Shown: positions 49,722-59,775 of the stretch, piece after piece
Layout: every line of letters starts with the position of its first letter
Numbering within the stretch: position 1 is the stretch's first letter
Assembly (NCBI GenBank): GCA_048937405.1
Contig: JBHLNF010000005.1
Location: forward strand, 192,001-256,000
DNA length: 64,000 bases
Direction: 5' to 3'
Source of the DNA: Promethearchaeota archaeon
GTDB lineage: Archaea > Asgardarchaeota > Lokiarchaeia > Sigyniarchaeales > SOKP01
The notes under the pieces: generated by a model
The model's input: only the letters and a program-made list of their open reading frames with translations
Database searches by the model: none
What the model was told of the DNA's origin: nothing
Position numbers and translations under genes: made by a program

Positions 49722-51611
49722 CTATTCAATTATTCCTATTGTATGCAATTGAGTTTTTAGTTTTTGACTTTGTTTAAGATAAAACTGTGATTTTTCACGA
49801 TTTTCACTATATCTATTATAAAAATCACTCATCAAGAGATTCCATCTTATTGCTCTCTTCATATTACTTATCTCCTTTAAGGTTATGCGATTCTCAATAT
49901 TCGCTAATAAAGAATGTGCTTTTTTAACATCTTTTTTGTAATGAATATAGAATTCACACATTTCAAGAATTAAATCTATTAGAAGTTTTAGGATTTCCTT
50001 ATTTTCAAAATCAAATTCAATTGTTTCAAACCCAGTTTTTAAAAATTTATGAGTCAGAGTTAGATTACCCTTATTTTTATAATAAATCGCACGAAGAAGA
50101 CAATATTTTAGTTTTACTTTTAAATTACTATTTCCAATTTGAAAAGCGTTTTTGAAATATACTTTCGATTCTTCAATTTTTTCCTGTTCTCGGAGTATTA
50201 GTCCAATATATACATATGCTACACCGAGAAATACTTCTTTATCTATGGAAATTTTTTCATTTTCTAAAAAATTGACTATAACTTTAAAATGATTAAATGC
50301 GTTCTCAATTTCCTTTCTTTTATAATACATAACTCCTAATCTATAATGGATTTGAATAATGAATTCAACGGGAATTTCTCCTGATTTTGCGATACCTAAT
50401 GCATTCTGTAAATAATTAAGAGCCATATCTTCGTGATTTAATAGTTTTGCAATTTTAGCCAATTTAAGTAAAATAGATACAATTATTTTTTTTTGTTGGT
50501 TTTTGTTAAATACGATTAATAAATCATTTAGGAGTTTAGCTGCTTCTTCAAATCTATAGTTGTTAATTAGTTCTTCTGCCTCAATATATTTATCTATAGA
50601 CTCAATTACTTCAAAATTAGAAGGAGGTTTGTTAAATAGATGATTATGTATATAAAATAATTCTTTTGAAATCGAACTTTCATAACTTAATGCTGAAAAA
50701 GGAAAATTATTTTTATTTTCAATAAAATCTGGATTATTATATTTGAGTTCTTTATCAGCACGAAATCTTATCAATGCAGTTTGGCTAATTTTTCTTGTTT
50801 CAATAATTTCTTTTACTGAATTCAAAATTAAACGTGCAAAGGTAATCCAATTTTCCAAAAATAAATCTAATTTAAATTCTGGAACCTTAGAGAATACTTC
50901 ATTTAAAATATATGGAGAATAACTATCAATGAGTCCCCTTAGATAAAATTTATCATATTTTATGTCATTGATATAGGTAAAATATCCTTTCTCCAAAATA
51001 AAAAATTCATAATGATATTTATCATCTGAGAAAAATACAGTTTCAGAAGTTCTAATCTTAGGAATTCCATCTTTTAACTCCCAAGGAATTTCAAATGTTG
51101 GATTTAATCCCACTTTTTGAAGTGTTTCTTGAATAATTTTTAATTCTTGGTTTGAAAACTCTGTTAATTTATCTCTCTTATTCATCAGTGAAATTCTTAT
51201 TCGATTTAACCATGAACTTTCATTTTCATTATTAATTAACTCTGGCATTATTAAATTTAATAGTTCATTTAGTTGTTGTTTTCTTCCATCTAAAGGAAAG
51301 TTATGTTCAAGATTAAGAGATAGTGCTAAATTTCTAAATGATTTCATAAAATAAAGAATATTAGTATATATATGCTTATTCAAATTCCAAAATTGAAAAG
51401 CCATTGAAATTTGAAAACTTACAATTTCGAATGGAATATTGATTCTAATTGGAAGCGTTATAGGAAATTTGAAAGTGAATAAAACTAATTTATTCTTCTT
51501 TAAACTGTATCGAAAATAGTTTTCAATCTGTTTATCGATCTTCCATCCATTTTTTTCAATAAATTCTCTTAAATTTTTTATCTCATTTGAAGAAAATGGG
51601 TTAATTGACAT
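49722..51611 (-). CDS. Tetratricopeptide repeat protein
   Basis: C-terminal TPR-like helical repeats (ALNYLQNALGIA, LGVMYY..AFNHF). Confidence 0.7.
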   Translation of the reverse strand: MSINPFSSNEIKNLREFIEKNGWKIDKQIENYFRYSLKKNKLVLFTFKFPITLPIRINIPFEIVSFQISMAFQFWNLNKHIYTNILYFMKSFRNLALSLNLEHNFPLDGRKQQLNELLNLIMPELINNENESSWLNRIRISLMNKRDKLTEFSNQELKIIQETLQKVGLNPTFEIPWELKDGIPKIRTSETVFFSDDKYHYEFFILEKGYFTYINDIKYDKFYLRGLIDSYSPYILNEVFSKVPEFKLDLFLENWITFARLILNSVKEIIETRKISQTALIRFRADKELKYNNPDFIENKNNFPFSALSYESSISKELFYIHNHLFNKPPSNFEVIESIDKYIEAEELINNYRFEEAAKLLNDLLIVFNKNQQKKIIVSILLKLAKIAKLLNHEDMALNYLQNALGIAKSGEIPVEFIIQIHYRLGVMYYKRKEIENAFNHFKVIVNFLENEKISIDKEVFLGVAYVYIGLILREQEKIEESKVYFKNAFQIGNSNLKVKLKYCLLRAIYYKNKGNLTLTHKFLKTGFETIEFDFENKEILKLLIDLILEMCEFYIHYKKDVKKAHSLLANIENRITLKEISNMKRAIRWNLLMSDFYNRYSENREKSQFYLKQSQKLKTQLHTIGIIE

Positions 51612-51771
51612 GTGCGTATTGCTCTTGAGTAATTAATGTTCTTAGAGACCGAAAAAGTTCTTATATAACTATTAGTGATTACAAATATTAAATTTTATAT
51701 CAACATCAGATTTAATAGGATGAATTTATTTGTAAAAATTGTATTTTAAAGAAGAATTTATTGATTTCATC

Positions 51772-52461
51772 ATGGATATCACACAATTTAATAAAGAACT
51801 TGGAAAGAAGATTGTAATCGCCCAAAGATTTGAAAAAAAGGGTGATATTCAGGCTGCAATCCAAGAATGGGTAGATATCTCCCAAATGGCTTTAAATTTT
51901 TCAAAATCTCCAAAAATCAGTGCTTCTTTCAAAAATATGATTATTAATAGAACAAAAGGTATTTTTGCTCATATTAAAAACTTAAAAGCAAGTCAATTTA
52001 AAGAAGAAATATCAATGGTTGATTTACAACCATCAGAAGAAGTTATAGTAGAGAAAATTCATCCTCAAATATCTCAAAAAGAGAAATTTCCTTCACAAGA
52101 GAAAGAAATAGATAATCATCAAGTTATTAATTCGACCAATAATAGTAAACCTAACATTATTGAAGACTCTAACTTAAAAAACTTACCAAAAGGATTTAAG
52201 GAAATTGAGACAACAAAAGAATTTAAAATAATTACACCTCATGATGAAGATTTTATCAAAAAACAACATGCTAAAGCAAAAGAGGTTGATATGTTTAAAA
52301 CCAAAAAACTAGAAATCTCAGATGAAACCCCCCAACCTACTAACAATATTGATTTTGGAGTGCTTCAAAGTGGTAAAAATCTAATTTGTTTTGCATGTGG
52401 TTATGATAAAAATACATTAAAAGATAAAAAATGTAAGAATTGTGGAACAGATCTTATTTAA
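51772..52461 (+). CDS. MIT-like N-terminal helical domain + linker + C-terminal zinc ribbon
   Basis: AQRFEKKGDIQAAIQEW helical hairpin; CFACG..CKNCG. Confidence 0.55.
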   Translation: MDITQFNKELGKKIVIAQRFEKKGDIQAAIQEWVDISQMALNFSKSPKISASFKNMIINRTKGIFAHIKNLKASQFKEEISMVDLQPSEEVIVEKIHPQISQKEKFPSQEKEIDNHQVINSTNNSKPNIIEDSNLKNLPKGFKEIETTKEFKIITPHDEDFIKKQHAKAKEVDMFKTKKLEISDETPQPTNNIDFGVLQSGKNLICFACGYDKNTLKDKKCKNCGTDLI

Positions 52462-52471
52462 TTTTAACCTA

Positions 52472-53029
52472 TTAATAGCGAGGTTGCCTTTTTGATTTTT
52501 GAATTTTATTGAATTTTTTAATTGCACGATCTCGCCATACAGTATTCCATTTTTTAAAACCAGACTTAACGTATTTTTCTCTTTTGTAAAAATCATAACA
52601 AACCCAATTAAACAATACAAAAAAGCGTTTAGCTCCGCTTTTTTTCGTTAAGTTTTTTGATATTACATTTAAATCATTACGAAAATGAGAAATTAATTTT
52701 CCTTCAACTGCATCTTGTAATTTTCCCTCAATTATGGCATCTTCATAGTTGATTCCTTCTTCTATAAAATAAGCTCTTACATCATCAAAAATATTTCCTC
52801 GACAGAGATGGATAGTTTCAGAATTCTGTTGAAAGTCTAATTCTCTTAATCCGTCCTTAACTAATTCTACGGATTTTTTTAGTGGCATTTTATTTTTCCA
52901 ATTTTCTCCTTTAAATAATTCTACTGAGAGTGTTCGAAATACTAATTCTCCAGTTTCTTTTCTCAAAAAACCGATGAATGCATCACCCACTAAGTCTCCT
53001 GTACCACTATCATCAATTTCAATCGTCAT
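52472..53029 (-). CDS. Hypothetical protein with an RNase H-like N-terminal motif
   Basis: IEIDDSGTGDLVG resembles the RNase HII GxDExGxG motif; CRG.IFD. Confidence 0.5.
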   Translation of the reverse strand: MTIEIDDSGTGDLVGDAFIGFLRKETGELVFRTLSVELFKGENWKNKMPLKKSVELVKDGLRELDFQQNSETIHLCRGNIFDDVRAYFIEEGINYEDAIIEGKLQDAVEGKLISHFRNDLNVISKNLTKKSGAKRFFVLFNWVCYDFYKREKYVKSGFKKWNTVWRDRAIKKFNKIQKSKRQPRY

Positions 53030-53134
53030 TGTTAATAAAGTGTTTTTTCATTGTTATGTTAATTGAGTAAATTAATTAAAAAATATCAAGTTTTATAAAA
53101 TTAAATATAATGATAATTTCTTGAGAAATTACTT

Positions 53135-53929
53135 ATGAATATTGAACTCTTAATGATAGGAAATGAGATTCTTATTGGAAAGACTCAAGATACTAATTCA
53201 AATTGGATGGCAAAAAGAATTACAAAGTATGGACATCATGTTAAAAGGATTACCACTATTGGTGATGATCTTGAAATAATTTCAACTACAATACAGCAAA
53301 TTTTATTACGCAATCCGGATCTGATTATAACATCAGGAGGAATTGGACCTACGTTCGATGATATGACTTTGCAAGGAATAGCTAATGGTTTAAATAGGAA
53401 TTTAGAAATGGATCATCGTGCCTATGAAACAATTAAAAAAACTTATGAACGAGCACATAAAAAGGGTCTCCTACAAATCAAAGAGATGACTAAGGAACGA
53501 GAAAAAATGGCATATCTTCCAAAGGGTTCTATTCCTTTAACTAATACGGTTGGAACTGCACCTGGAGTTAAGATTATTGAAAAAAATACTCTAATTTTTA
53601 TATTACCTGGTGTACCTGTTGAGATGAAAGCTATGTTTCGAAATATAATTTTATCAATATTGAAAGAAAAACAAGGTAATTTCATAGAAAAAGGCTTCCT
53701 TTTTTCAGGTATAGGAGAAAGTCAGATTGCAGCTTATACTAATGAATTAGAAAAAAAATATCCTCAATTATGGATTAAAACTCATCCTAAAATTGGGTTA
53801 TCTGTCGAAGTTGAGGTCTCTATAACTGCTTTTAATGTAGAAAATGGTGAAGAATTAATAGATGAAGTTTTAGATCAGATTAAAAAAATTGTAATAAAAC
53901 TCAATGGTAAAATAAAAGAAAGAAAATAA
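53135..53929 (+). CDS. CinA-like molybdopterin-binding domain protein
   Basis: IGNEILIG..DTN, GGIGPTFDDMT, GTAPG, LPGVP.EM and GIGES motifs. Confidence 0.88.
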   Translation: MNIELLMIGNEILIGKTQDTNSNWMAKRITKYGHHVKRITTIGDDLEIISTTIQQILLRNPDLIITSGGIGPTFDDMTLQGIANGLNRNLEMDHRAYETIKKTYERAHKKGLLQIKEMTKEREKMAYLPKGSIPLTNTVGTAPGVKIIEKNTLIFILPGVPVEMKAMFRNIILSILKEKQGNFIEKGFLFSGIGESQIAAYTNELEKKYPQLWIKTHPKIGLSVEVEVSITAFNVENGEELIDEVLDQIKKIVIKLNGKIKERK

Positions 53930-53940
53930 TTCCAATTTTG

Positions 53941-53961
53941 ATGCCACTTCGCAAGTGGTAT
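53941..53961. terminator. GC-rich hairpin between the convergent cinA-like and selD genes
   Basis: ATGCCACTT-CGC-AAGTGGTAT, 9-bp stem; function inferred. Confidence 0.4.
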
Positions 53962-54003
53962 TTTCAACAAGCCACCATTATAAATGTTTAAGCTCATTTC
54001 ATT
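53960..54003 (-). promoter_or_regulatory. Eukaryote-type SECIS element in the selD 3' UTR
   Basis: Minus strand reads AUGAA-AUGAGCU-U-AAA-CAUU-UAU-AAUG-GU-GGCUUGU-UGAA: AUGA/GA core, upper stem, unpaired AAA and apical mini-stem. Confidence 0.8.
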
Positions 54004-54010
54004 AACATCT

Positions 54011-55036
54011 TTAGAGGTTTTTAATTTCAAGATTTTGAGCATCTTCAGCAACTCTAACTAGCCCCGGTTGTACATTATCTATTGACCCAACAATCCAATT
54101 AGTTATTTTATTACTTGTTAGAGTATTCGTGAATTCTTCCACTTTAGTGGGATCAACAGCAAGTAACATACCTCCAGCAGTTTCATGACTATAACAATCA
54201 TCAAAAGCATATCCTAATTCGTTTGATAACTCCTTAGAAAACTTTATTGAGGGAGTAGTATCTATGATAGCAGACAAATCAGAATTTTGAAGCATTTCAG
54301 TAGTATGACCAGCCAATCCAAATCCCGTAATATCACTTAATGCATGAACAAAGGAAAAATCCTTATAGGAATGGATTGTTTTAATAACGTCTTGATTTGG
54401 AGTTGTCATAATTTCTACGGCAAGATCTATAGATTTTTGGAGTTCTACCTGAGAATAATGTTCTAACATTTCTGGAAAATCCTTAAGAAGTCTATAAGCT
54501 GCCATAATTGCTTGTAATCCAATCGGTTTAGTTAAAATTAATTTATCCCCTTCTTTTACTCCTTGTTTTTGTATAATAGCATCTTTATGTACATATCCAG
54601 AAGCTTCTCCACCCATTAATGGCCATTCACTATAAATGGTGTGCCCTCCAACTATTCTAGAATTTATCTTTTCTTCCATAAAGTATTTGATCCCCTTTAG
54701 AATCCCCTCCGCAATTTTCATTGGAGTTCTTGTACTTATAGCTAGAAATACAAGCATTCCTGATATCTCAGGTACATTCATTGCAAAAATATCATTTGTT
54801 ACATTACACGCAGCAATTTCGCCAGCAATTTCCGGTTCATCAATAATTGGTGTGAAAATATCGATATTTTTGACAAGAACTAAGTCACTATTTGGAATTG
54901 GAAGAATTGCAGCATCTTCTATATCTCCCGCTAATCCTACTTTGGCTAATAGATCGTTCAAATCGCTTTGTCCGAGTTTACAACTTCATCCATGTATTTT
55001 TACATCTTTGGTTAACCGATATTCTGAGTTTTCCAT
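54011..55036 (-). CDS. selD: Selenide, water dikinase (selenophosphate synthetase); selenoprotein with UGA-Sec at codon 17 (54986-54988)
   Basis: ATG at 55036 gives MENSEYRLTKDVKIHG-U-SCKLG, in frame with EDAA, DIFTPI, GGHT, LTKPIG, DITGFGL and ETAGG motifs. Confidence 0.93.
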
Positions 55037-55175
55037 TTTCACCTCACACTAATAATTTTATCTAATTTAATTAAAATTTTAAATATAAAAAACTATTCAA
55101 TTCTTATTTATTAAGTTCAATAAATTTAATTAAAAATATATTAAAAAAAATAAAATATTTATACTGCTTGTTTAT

Positions 55176-56474
55176 TTATTTTATCATTTCTAGGAATGCT
55201 TCAATTCTTGTTAATAGATTACCTTCATCTTCAGAGGAATAATCTGTAGAAATTGAAAGTATTGGTATCCCTTCTTTTTTAAGTTCCCTTTCTAGTCCAA
55301 TAGCTTCTACCTCATAAGGTTGACAAAAGTTTAAAGTATACAGAATAACTCCATCAACATTATAATTTTTCACAAGTTCTATTATATCCTCTTTTCGACC
55401 TTCATTTGGAGTAAAACATGCGCAATTTATTCCTAAATATCTTTCAGCAATGATTTTGAGAAGTTCATCTATTGTATCTCCATTTATTTCATATTCAGAG
55501 TCAAAATATCTAGTTCCTGTGCAAGTCTCTTCCGCTACTATAATAGCTCCTTTAGATTCTACTAAATGATGTATTTTCCAGTTTGGGATTGCCATAGGAG
55601 TTCCAGTTATTAAAATCCTTTTTGCTCCTTTTTCTGTAACGCCTACATGTTTTTTCATACGTTCTTCTAACTCATTAGCGAGTTTTCCTATCATTTGAAT
55701 TTGGCGATCAGGATCATCGTAAAAAGCAATTTGTGAAACTAATAAAGCGTCTTTTCCAGAAATTGGAACCGGATCTGCTTTCCTTGTTTCGTATATTCTT
55801 CGTAACTGTTTCCTCTTTGTTTTAATTTTTTCCATGGACATTTTTAATTTTTCAGCATTAAGTTTATTTCCTGTTAATTTTTCAAGTTTTACAATTAGTC
55901 CTTTTAATTCCTCAATAAAATGAGCTTTAGCTTGTAGTCGATTTTTACATTGAGGGGTTTCCACAATATATATTGGTTTATATTCACTTATTACTTCCCA
56001 AGCCTTTTTTTTTCCATCACATGTTGTTTCACCAATTAAAAGATCTGTAATAGCGTAATAAGGACATATATTCCCAATACCAAAACCTAAAGCAGATTTA
56101 ATTAATGCACATATGTTTGTGGGCAATAATTCCTCTGAAGCATAATTGGAAAAATTTGTTCCACCACATAAACCAACACTAATAGCATCCAAAGCTAATA
56201 TAATCTCATCTGGAATATATAAGCAAAAAGTTCCAATAATTTTTTTACCTTCTTCTTTTGCCTTCTTTAGTTCACTGACTCGAATACCGTGTATATCACC
56301 TACGACAAAGTCAAAAAATTCCATTCCTTCTGGTCGATTTTTCTGTGAATCTATATAAATCGTTTTGAATATTTCTGGTAATACAGCTAAAAGTTGATCA
56401 TGTTTTTCAATATTTAAACCCAATTCTTTCCACATTGGGTACCAGTTTGTTTTTTCTGTCGTCATATATATCAA
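55176..56474 (-). CDS. 2-hydroxyacyl-CoA dehydratase family / double-cubane cluster protein
   Basis: GTFCLYIP.E, LCGG, ICALIKS, CPY, ETTCDGKKK, EETCTG, CACFTPN and FCQPY motifs. Confidence 0.85.
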   Translation of the reverse strand: MIYMTTEKTNWYPMWKELGLNIEKHDQLLAVLPEIFKTIYIDSQKNRPEGMEFFDFVVGDIHGIRVSELKKAKEEGKKIIGTFCLYIPDEIILALDAISVGLCGGTNFSNYASEELLPTNICALIKSALGFGIGNICPYYAITDLLIGETTCDGKKKAWEVISEYKPIYIVETPQCKNRLQAKAHFIEELKGLIVKLEKLTGNKLNAEKLKMSMEKIKTKRKQLRRIYETRKADPVPISGKDALLVSQIAFYDDPDRQIQMIGKLANELEERMKKHVGVTEKGAKRILITGTPMAIPNWKIHHLVESKGAIIVAEETCTGTRYFDSEYEINGDTIDELLKIIAERYLGINCACFTPNEGRKEDIIELVKNYNVDGVILYTLNFCQPYEVEAIGLERELKKEGIPILSISTDYSSEDEGNLLTRIEAFLEMIK

Positions 56475-56530
56475 TCCAATTTGTTTTCAATTAAATTATA
56501 TTTGATCAAAGTTCATTTTATTTATTAATC

Positions 56531-56563
56531 TTTTCGATATTGTTTATCGAGAATTTCGATAAG
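56531..56563. promoter_or_regulatory. Putative operator of overlapping inverted repeats upstream of the double-cubane gene
   Basis: TTTTCGATA-TTGTT-TATCGAGAA overlapping TTATCGA-GAATT-TCGATAA, about 60-90 nt above the start. Confidence 0.35.
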
Positions 56564-56670
56564 TAATATAATAAGATTTCACTAATATTGTTAAAAAAAA
56601 AAATTTAGTAAAAATTAGAGTATTATAACATTATGAGTATTTGAAAAATGGTTATTTCTTTATGTAATAT

Positions 56671-59613
56671 TTACTGTATAAATAAATCAATATGTTTAGT
56701 TGTTTTTCTCGGTATTTCAAATTGGTCTTTATAGTATAAATCCAATTTTATTTCATCAGCGCTAGGATCGAATAAGTTTTTTTTAAGCTCCTTTCTTTTA
56801 TCTACTTTCAACACATAGTTGAACTTGAAATTTTTCCCTGGTTTCAATTCATTAATTTGGAGAAACTTTGGAAAACTTTCTTTTCGTTGGAAATTAAGAT
56901 AAGTAGGTACTTTAAGTGAAATTTGTAAATCTTTAAAGTCAAAATTAGAAGGATTAGATAATTTAAAGTTTAGATAAATTTCGTTTCCAATAGTCTTGAT
57001 GTTTTTAAAGAAAAGAATTTCTTTAGAATCTGGAATATCAGATTCAATTTGTTGATAATACAGTCTTTCATTAATAATTTTTACATTTAGTTTACCCTTG
57101 CTTATAAATTTAACAATTAAGTCTTTTAATTTTTCAATATTTAACCTAATATAATTAGCCAGCAAATCTAGTTTAATTGGATTTATAATTTTTAGATAAT
57201 ACTTAATTTGGTTTAGATAAAGCTTATTATTAGATTTTCTGATAAAATTATTTAATCTATTTATCAATAATTCTTTTGAGTTACTAAATTTATTGAGAAA
57301 TGGTCTTATATATAAATTAAAAATGTTATTATCATTGAAGACTTTTTCTTTACCAAGAATTAGATCTATCTCTTTCTCAGTTTCTTCAATAAAGGTTTGA
57401 ATTTGTATTGAATTTAATTCTATTAACTTCTTTATCTCTGAGAATTCATTCTTTTTTATCAAGAGATCTATTTTGTCTCTTAATTTATCAAAATCATCAT
57501 TAAACTTTTTCATTCCTTCAATTCTCTCTGAAAAGATAGTTTGGATATGTCCTTGAAGGAGGTGAAAATTTAAGTCATTACTAATCGCATTAATTGATGT
57601 AGGAATTTTTGTATCAAACAATTCATCTTTCATTAATTGAATTTGGCGATCCAAATCATTCAAATATTCTTGAATCTCAATCTTTACTGTTACCCACTTT
57701 TCCAAAAGATTTTCAAATATTTCGTTAAATTCTACATTATCAATTAGCAAATCTCTTATATTATTGTCCAAATTAAACGTTTTTTTTCTTATTTGAGTGA
57801 TATAACTTAAAATATCATCATCAATATTAGTGGGAAAAATATCTGGTTTTTCTTTATTTAAATTTGGCCCATATCTGTCTTCTTTCACATATTCAAACTC
57901 AACTTTTAGAACATCGATACGATTACTTATAGTGGTAATTTTTTCCTTTAATTTTAAAATAAATTCCGCTTTTTTCTCTTCACAGATCTCTGAAATAAAT
58001 GCTTTAATAATACTTAATTCTTCAATTATCTGTACTCGAGTTTCTTCCCATTCTTCGATTAAATCAAAAGCCAACCTTTTATATTCAAATTGTTTGATAA
58101 TATGATTGAATTTTTTAATTTTCTTCAAGATTTTATTATATTTTTCATTTAATTGAAGATCAGATTCATTAAATTTGAAATTTTGAATGTATGAATTCAT
58201 TTTTTCTCGAAAATCAGCAGGGATCTTTTGAAATTCAATAATTTTTTTATGAAATAATGATAATTCATTTTTGATTCTACTAATAGATTCATTGATATCT
58301 GCAAATTTGTTGTGGATATTTTGTAATGTATAGGTAATTTCATTTTTAACTTCAGGATCTTTTTCAATTTTCAAAGCTTTGTTCAATTCAATGGTAATCC
58401 AAATAGCCATCTTTTTACTTTCTAAAATAAAACAGATATTCTGCAATAGGATTATGGTTTTCTTTCTCTCTCGCCAGAAACGTGATTCTAATTGATATAA
58501 AATTTTTGTAATTTCATTTTCAATTTCAATCTGGTATTCTTCAAATAACCGTTTAAATACTAAGGCAATAGTCTCTCTAATATTTTCAGAAGGATTTTCT
58601 AATTCTTCAAATAAATATGGAAATATTTCAGTAATATTTTGGTGACTTAGATGGTATATAGCATTAATTAGTGAATTACTAAAATTTGAGTTATTTGCTT
58701 CTGAGATAGAATTTAATAAATTTGCCCAGATTTGATCAAAGTTATTTTCAGCAATATTCACAAGAGCATCTATTACTTTTAATTGAATTCGATAATCGTT
58801 TTCTTTCAATAAATTAATTAATTTTGGGATAATAGAAATTATTTCTGGAGACTTTTCTTTACCTATCTCTCCAAATAGCCAAATTATAAGTTCTTTTACT
58901 CTATTTTCTTCGTTATAGAGAAGGTTTAAAAGAATATAAAGTATATTTTCTTTTGTCAAGAAATAAGTACCATGAATCTTTAAGAGTTCTGCGGCAGCTC
59001 TCGCAACATCATCATCTTCATCTCTGAGATTTATTATCACCATTGATAATAATGGTTCTAAATTACGAATTTTAGTGTAATCCTGATTTAAAATCTTCTG
59101 AATTGTTTTAATTACATTTAGTTTTACTTTCCAATCATTATCCATCAATTTTTCTGTATATTCTTCAATTATCTCCCGCAATTCATCTAAATCTATATGT
59201 AGAGATAAAATTAAATTGCCTATGATTTTTACAGTTAATCTCCTTACAGAAGGATCCTGATCATATAACCGTCCTCGAATCTTGCCTAATAATTCAATTA
59301 ATAAATTCGGTCTAAATAAACTAATTTGATATGAAATCTCTAACGATACCAATCTAATCCAGGAATCAGAATCATTAACAAAAGGAATAATACCTTTTAT
59401 TACTCTCTCTGAGATTTGAGGAGATTTATCACAGATTAGATTTAATAGACTGAGACTTCGATATATTAACTCTTTATTTGATTGGTTTTCATACTGTTCA
59501 ATAATGTTAAATATTTCATCTGATGCTTTTTTATTATACCCTTTTAGAATTAAACTCTCAATTTTTTCAGTGTCTAACGATTCAAGGGAGTCTAAGGGAT
59601 CTTGGGATTTCAA
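56671..59613 (-). CDS. HEAT-repeat protein with coiled coil, PCI-like winged helix and C-terminal appendage (ear)-like beta-sandwich
   Basis: Repeated L.D.D..VR HEAT motifs; IKLDLLA..KFISKGKLNVKI; FKLSNPS..DLQISLKVP..IKLDLYY. Confidence 0.7.
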   Translation of the reverse strand: MKSQDPLDSLESLDTEKIESLILKGYNKKASDEIFNIIEQYENQSNKELIYRSLSLLNLICDKSPQISERVIKGIIPFVNDSDSWIRLVSLEISYQISLFRPNLLIELLGKIRGRLYDQDPSVRRLTVKIIGNLILSLHIDLDELREIIEEYTEKLMDNDWKVKLNVIKTIQKILNQDYTKIRNLEPLLSMVIINLRDEDDDVARAAAELLKIHGTYFLTKENILYILLNLLYNEENRVKELIIWLFGEIGKEKSPEIISIIPKLINLLKENDYRIQLKVIDALVNIAENNFDQIWANLLNSISEANNSNFSNSLINAIYHLSHQNITEIFPYLFEELENPSENIRETIALVFKRLFEEYQIEIENEITKILYQLESRFWRERKKTIILLQNICFILESKKMAIWITIELNKALKIEKDPEVKNEITYTLQNIHNKFADINESISRIKNELSLFHKKIIEFQKIPADFREKMNSYIQNFKFNESDLQLNEKYNKILKKIKKFNHIIKQFEYKRLAFDLIEEWEETRVQIIEELSIIKAFISEICEEKKAEFILKLKEKITTISNRIDVLKVEFEYVKEDRYGPNLNKEKPDIFPTNIDDDILSYITQIRKKTFNLDNNIRDLLIDNVEFNEIFENLLEKWVTVKIEIQEYLNDLDRQIQLMKDELFDTKIPTSINAISNDLNFHLLQGHIQTIFSERIEGMKKFNDDFDKLRDKIDLLIKKNEFSEIKKLIELNSIQIQTFIEETEKEIDLILGKEKVFNDNNIFNLYIRPFLNKFSNSKELLINRLNNFIRKSNNKLYLNQIKYYLKIINPIKLDLLANYIRLNIEKLKDLIVKFISKGKLNVKIINERLYYQQIESDIPDSKEILFFKNIKTIGNEIYLNFKLSNPSNFDFKDLQISLKVPTYLNFQRKESFPKFLQINELKPGKNFKFNYVLKVDKRKELKKNLFDPSADEIKLDLYYKDQFEIPRKTTKHIDLFIQ

Positions 59614-59775
59614 TGCGATAGGTAAAATTGTTTTTTATTATTTATACTTCAATTATCACTTCTATCTAAACTAGTATAAATATATTATAAAATAGTTATG
59701 TGAAGAAGAAAAAAAAATTCTACTCTACACAAAATTGTTTAAAAAAAGTAATAAAATCATGAAACATTTTTGGCT

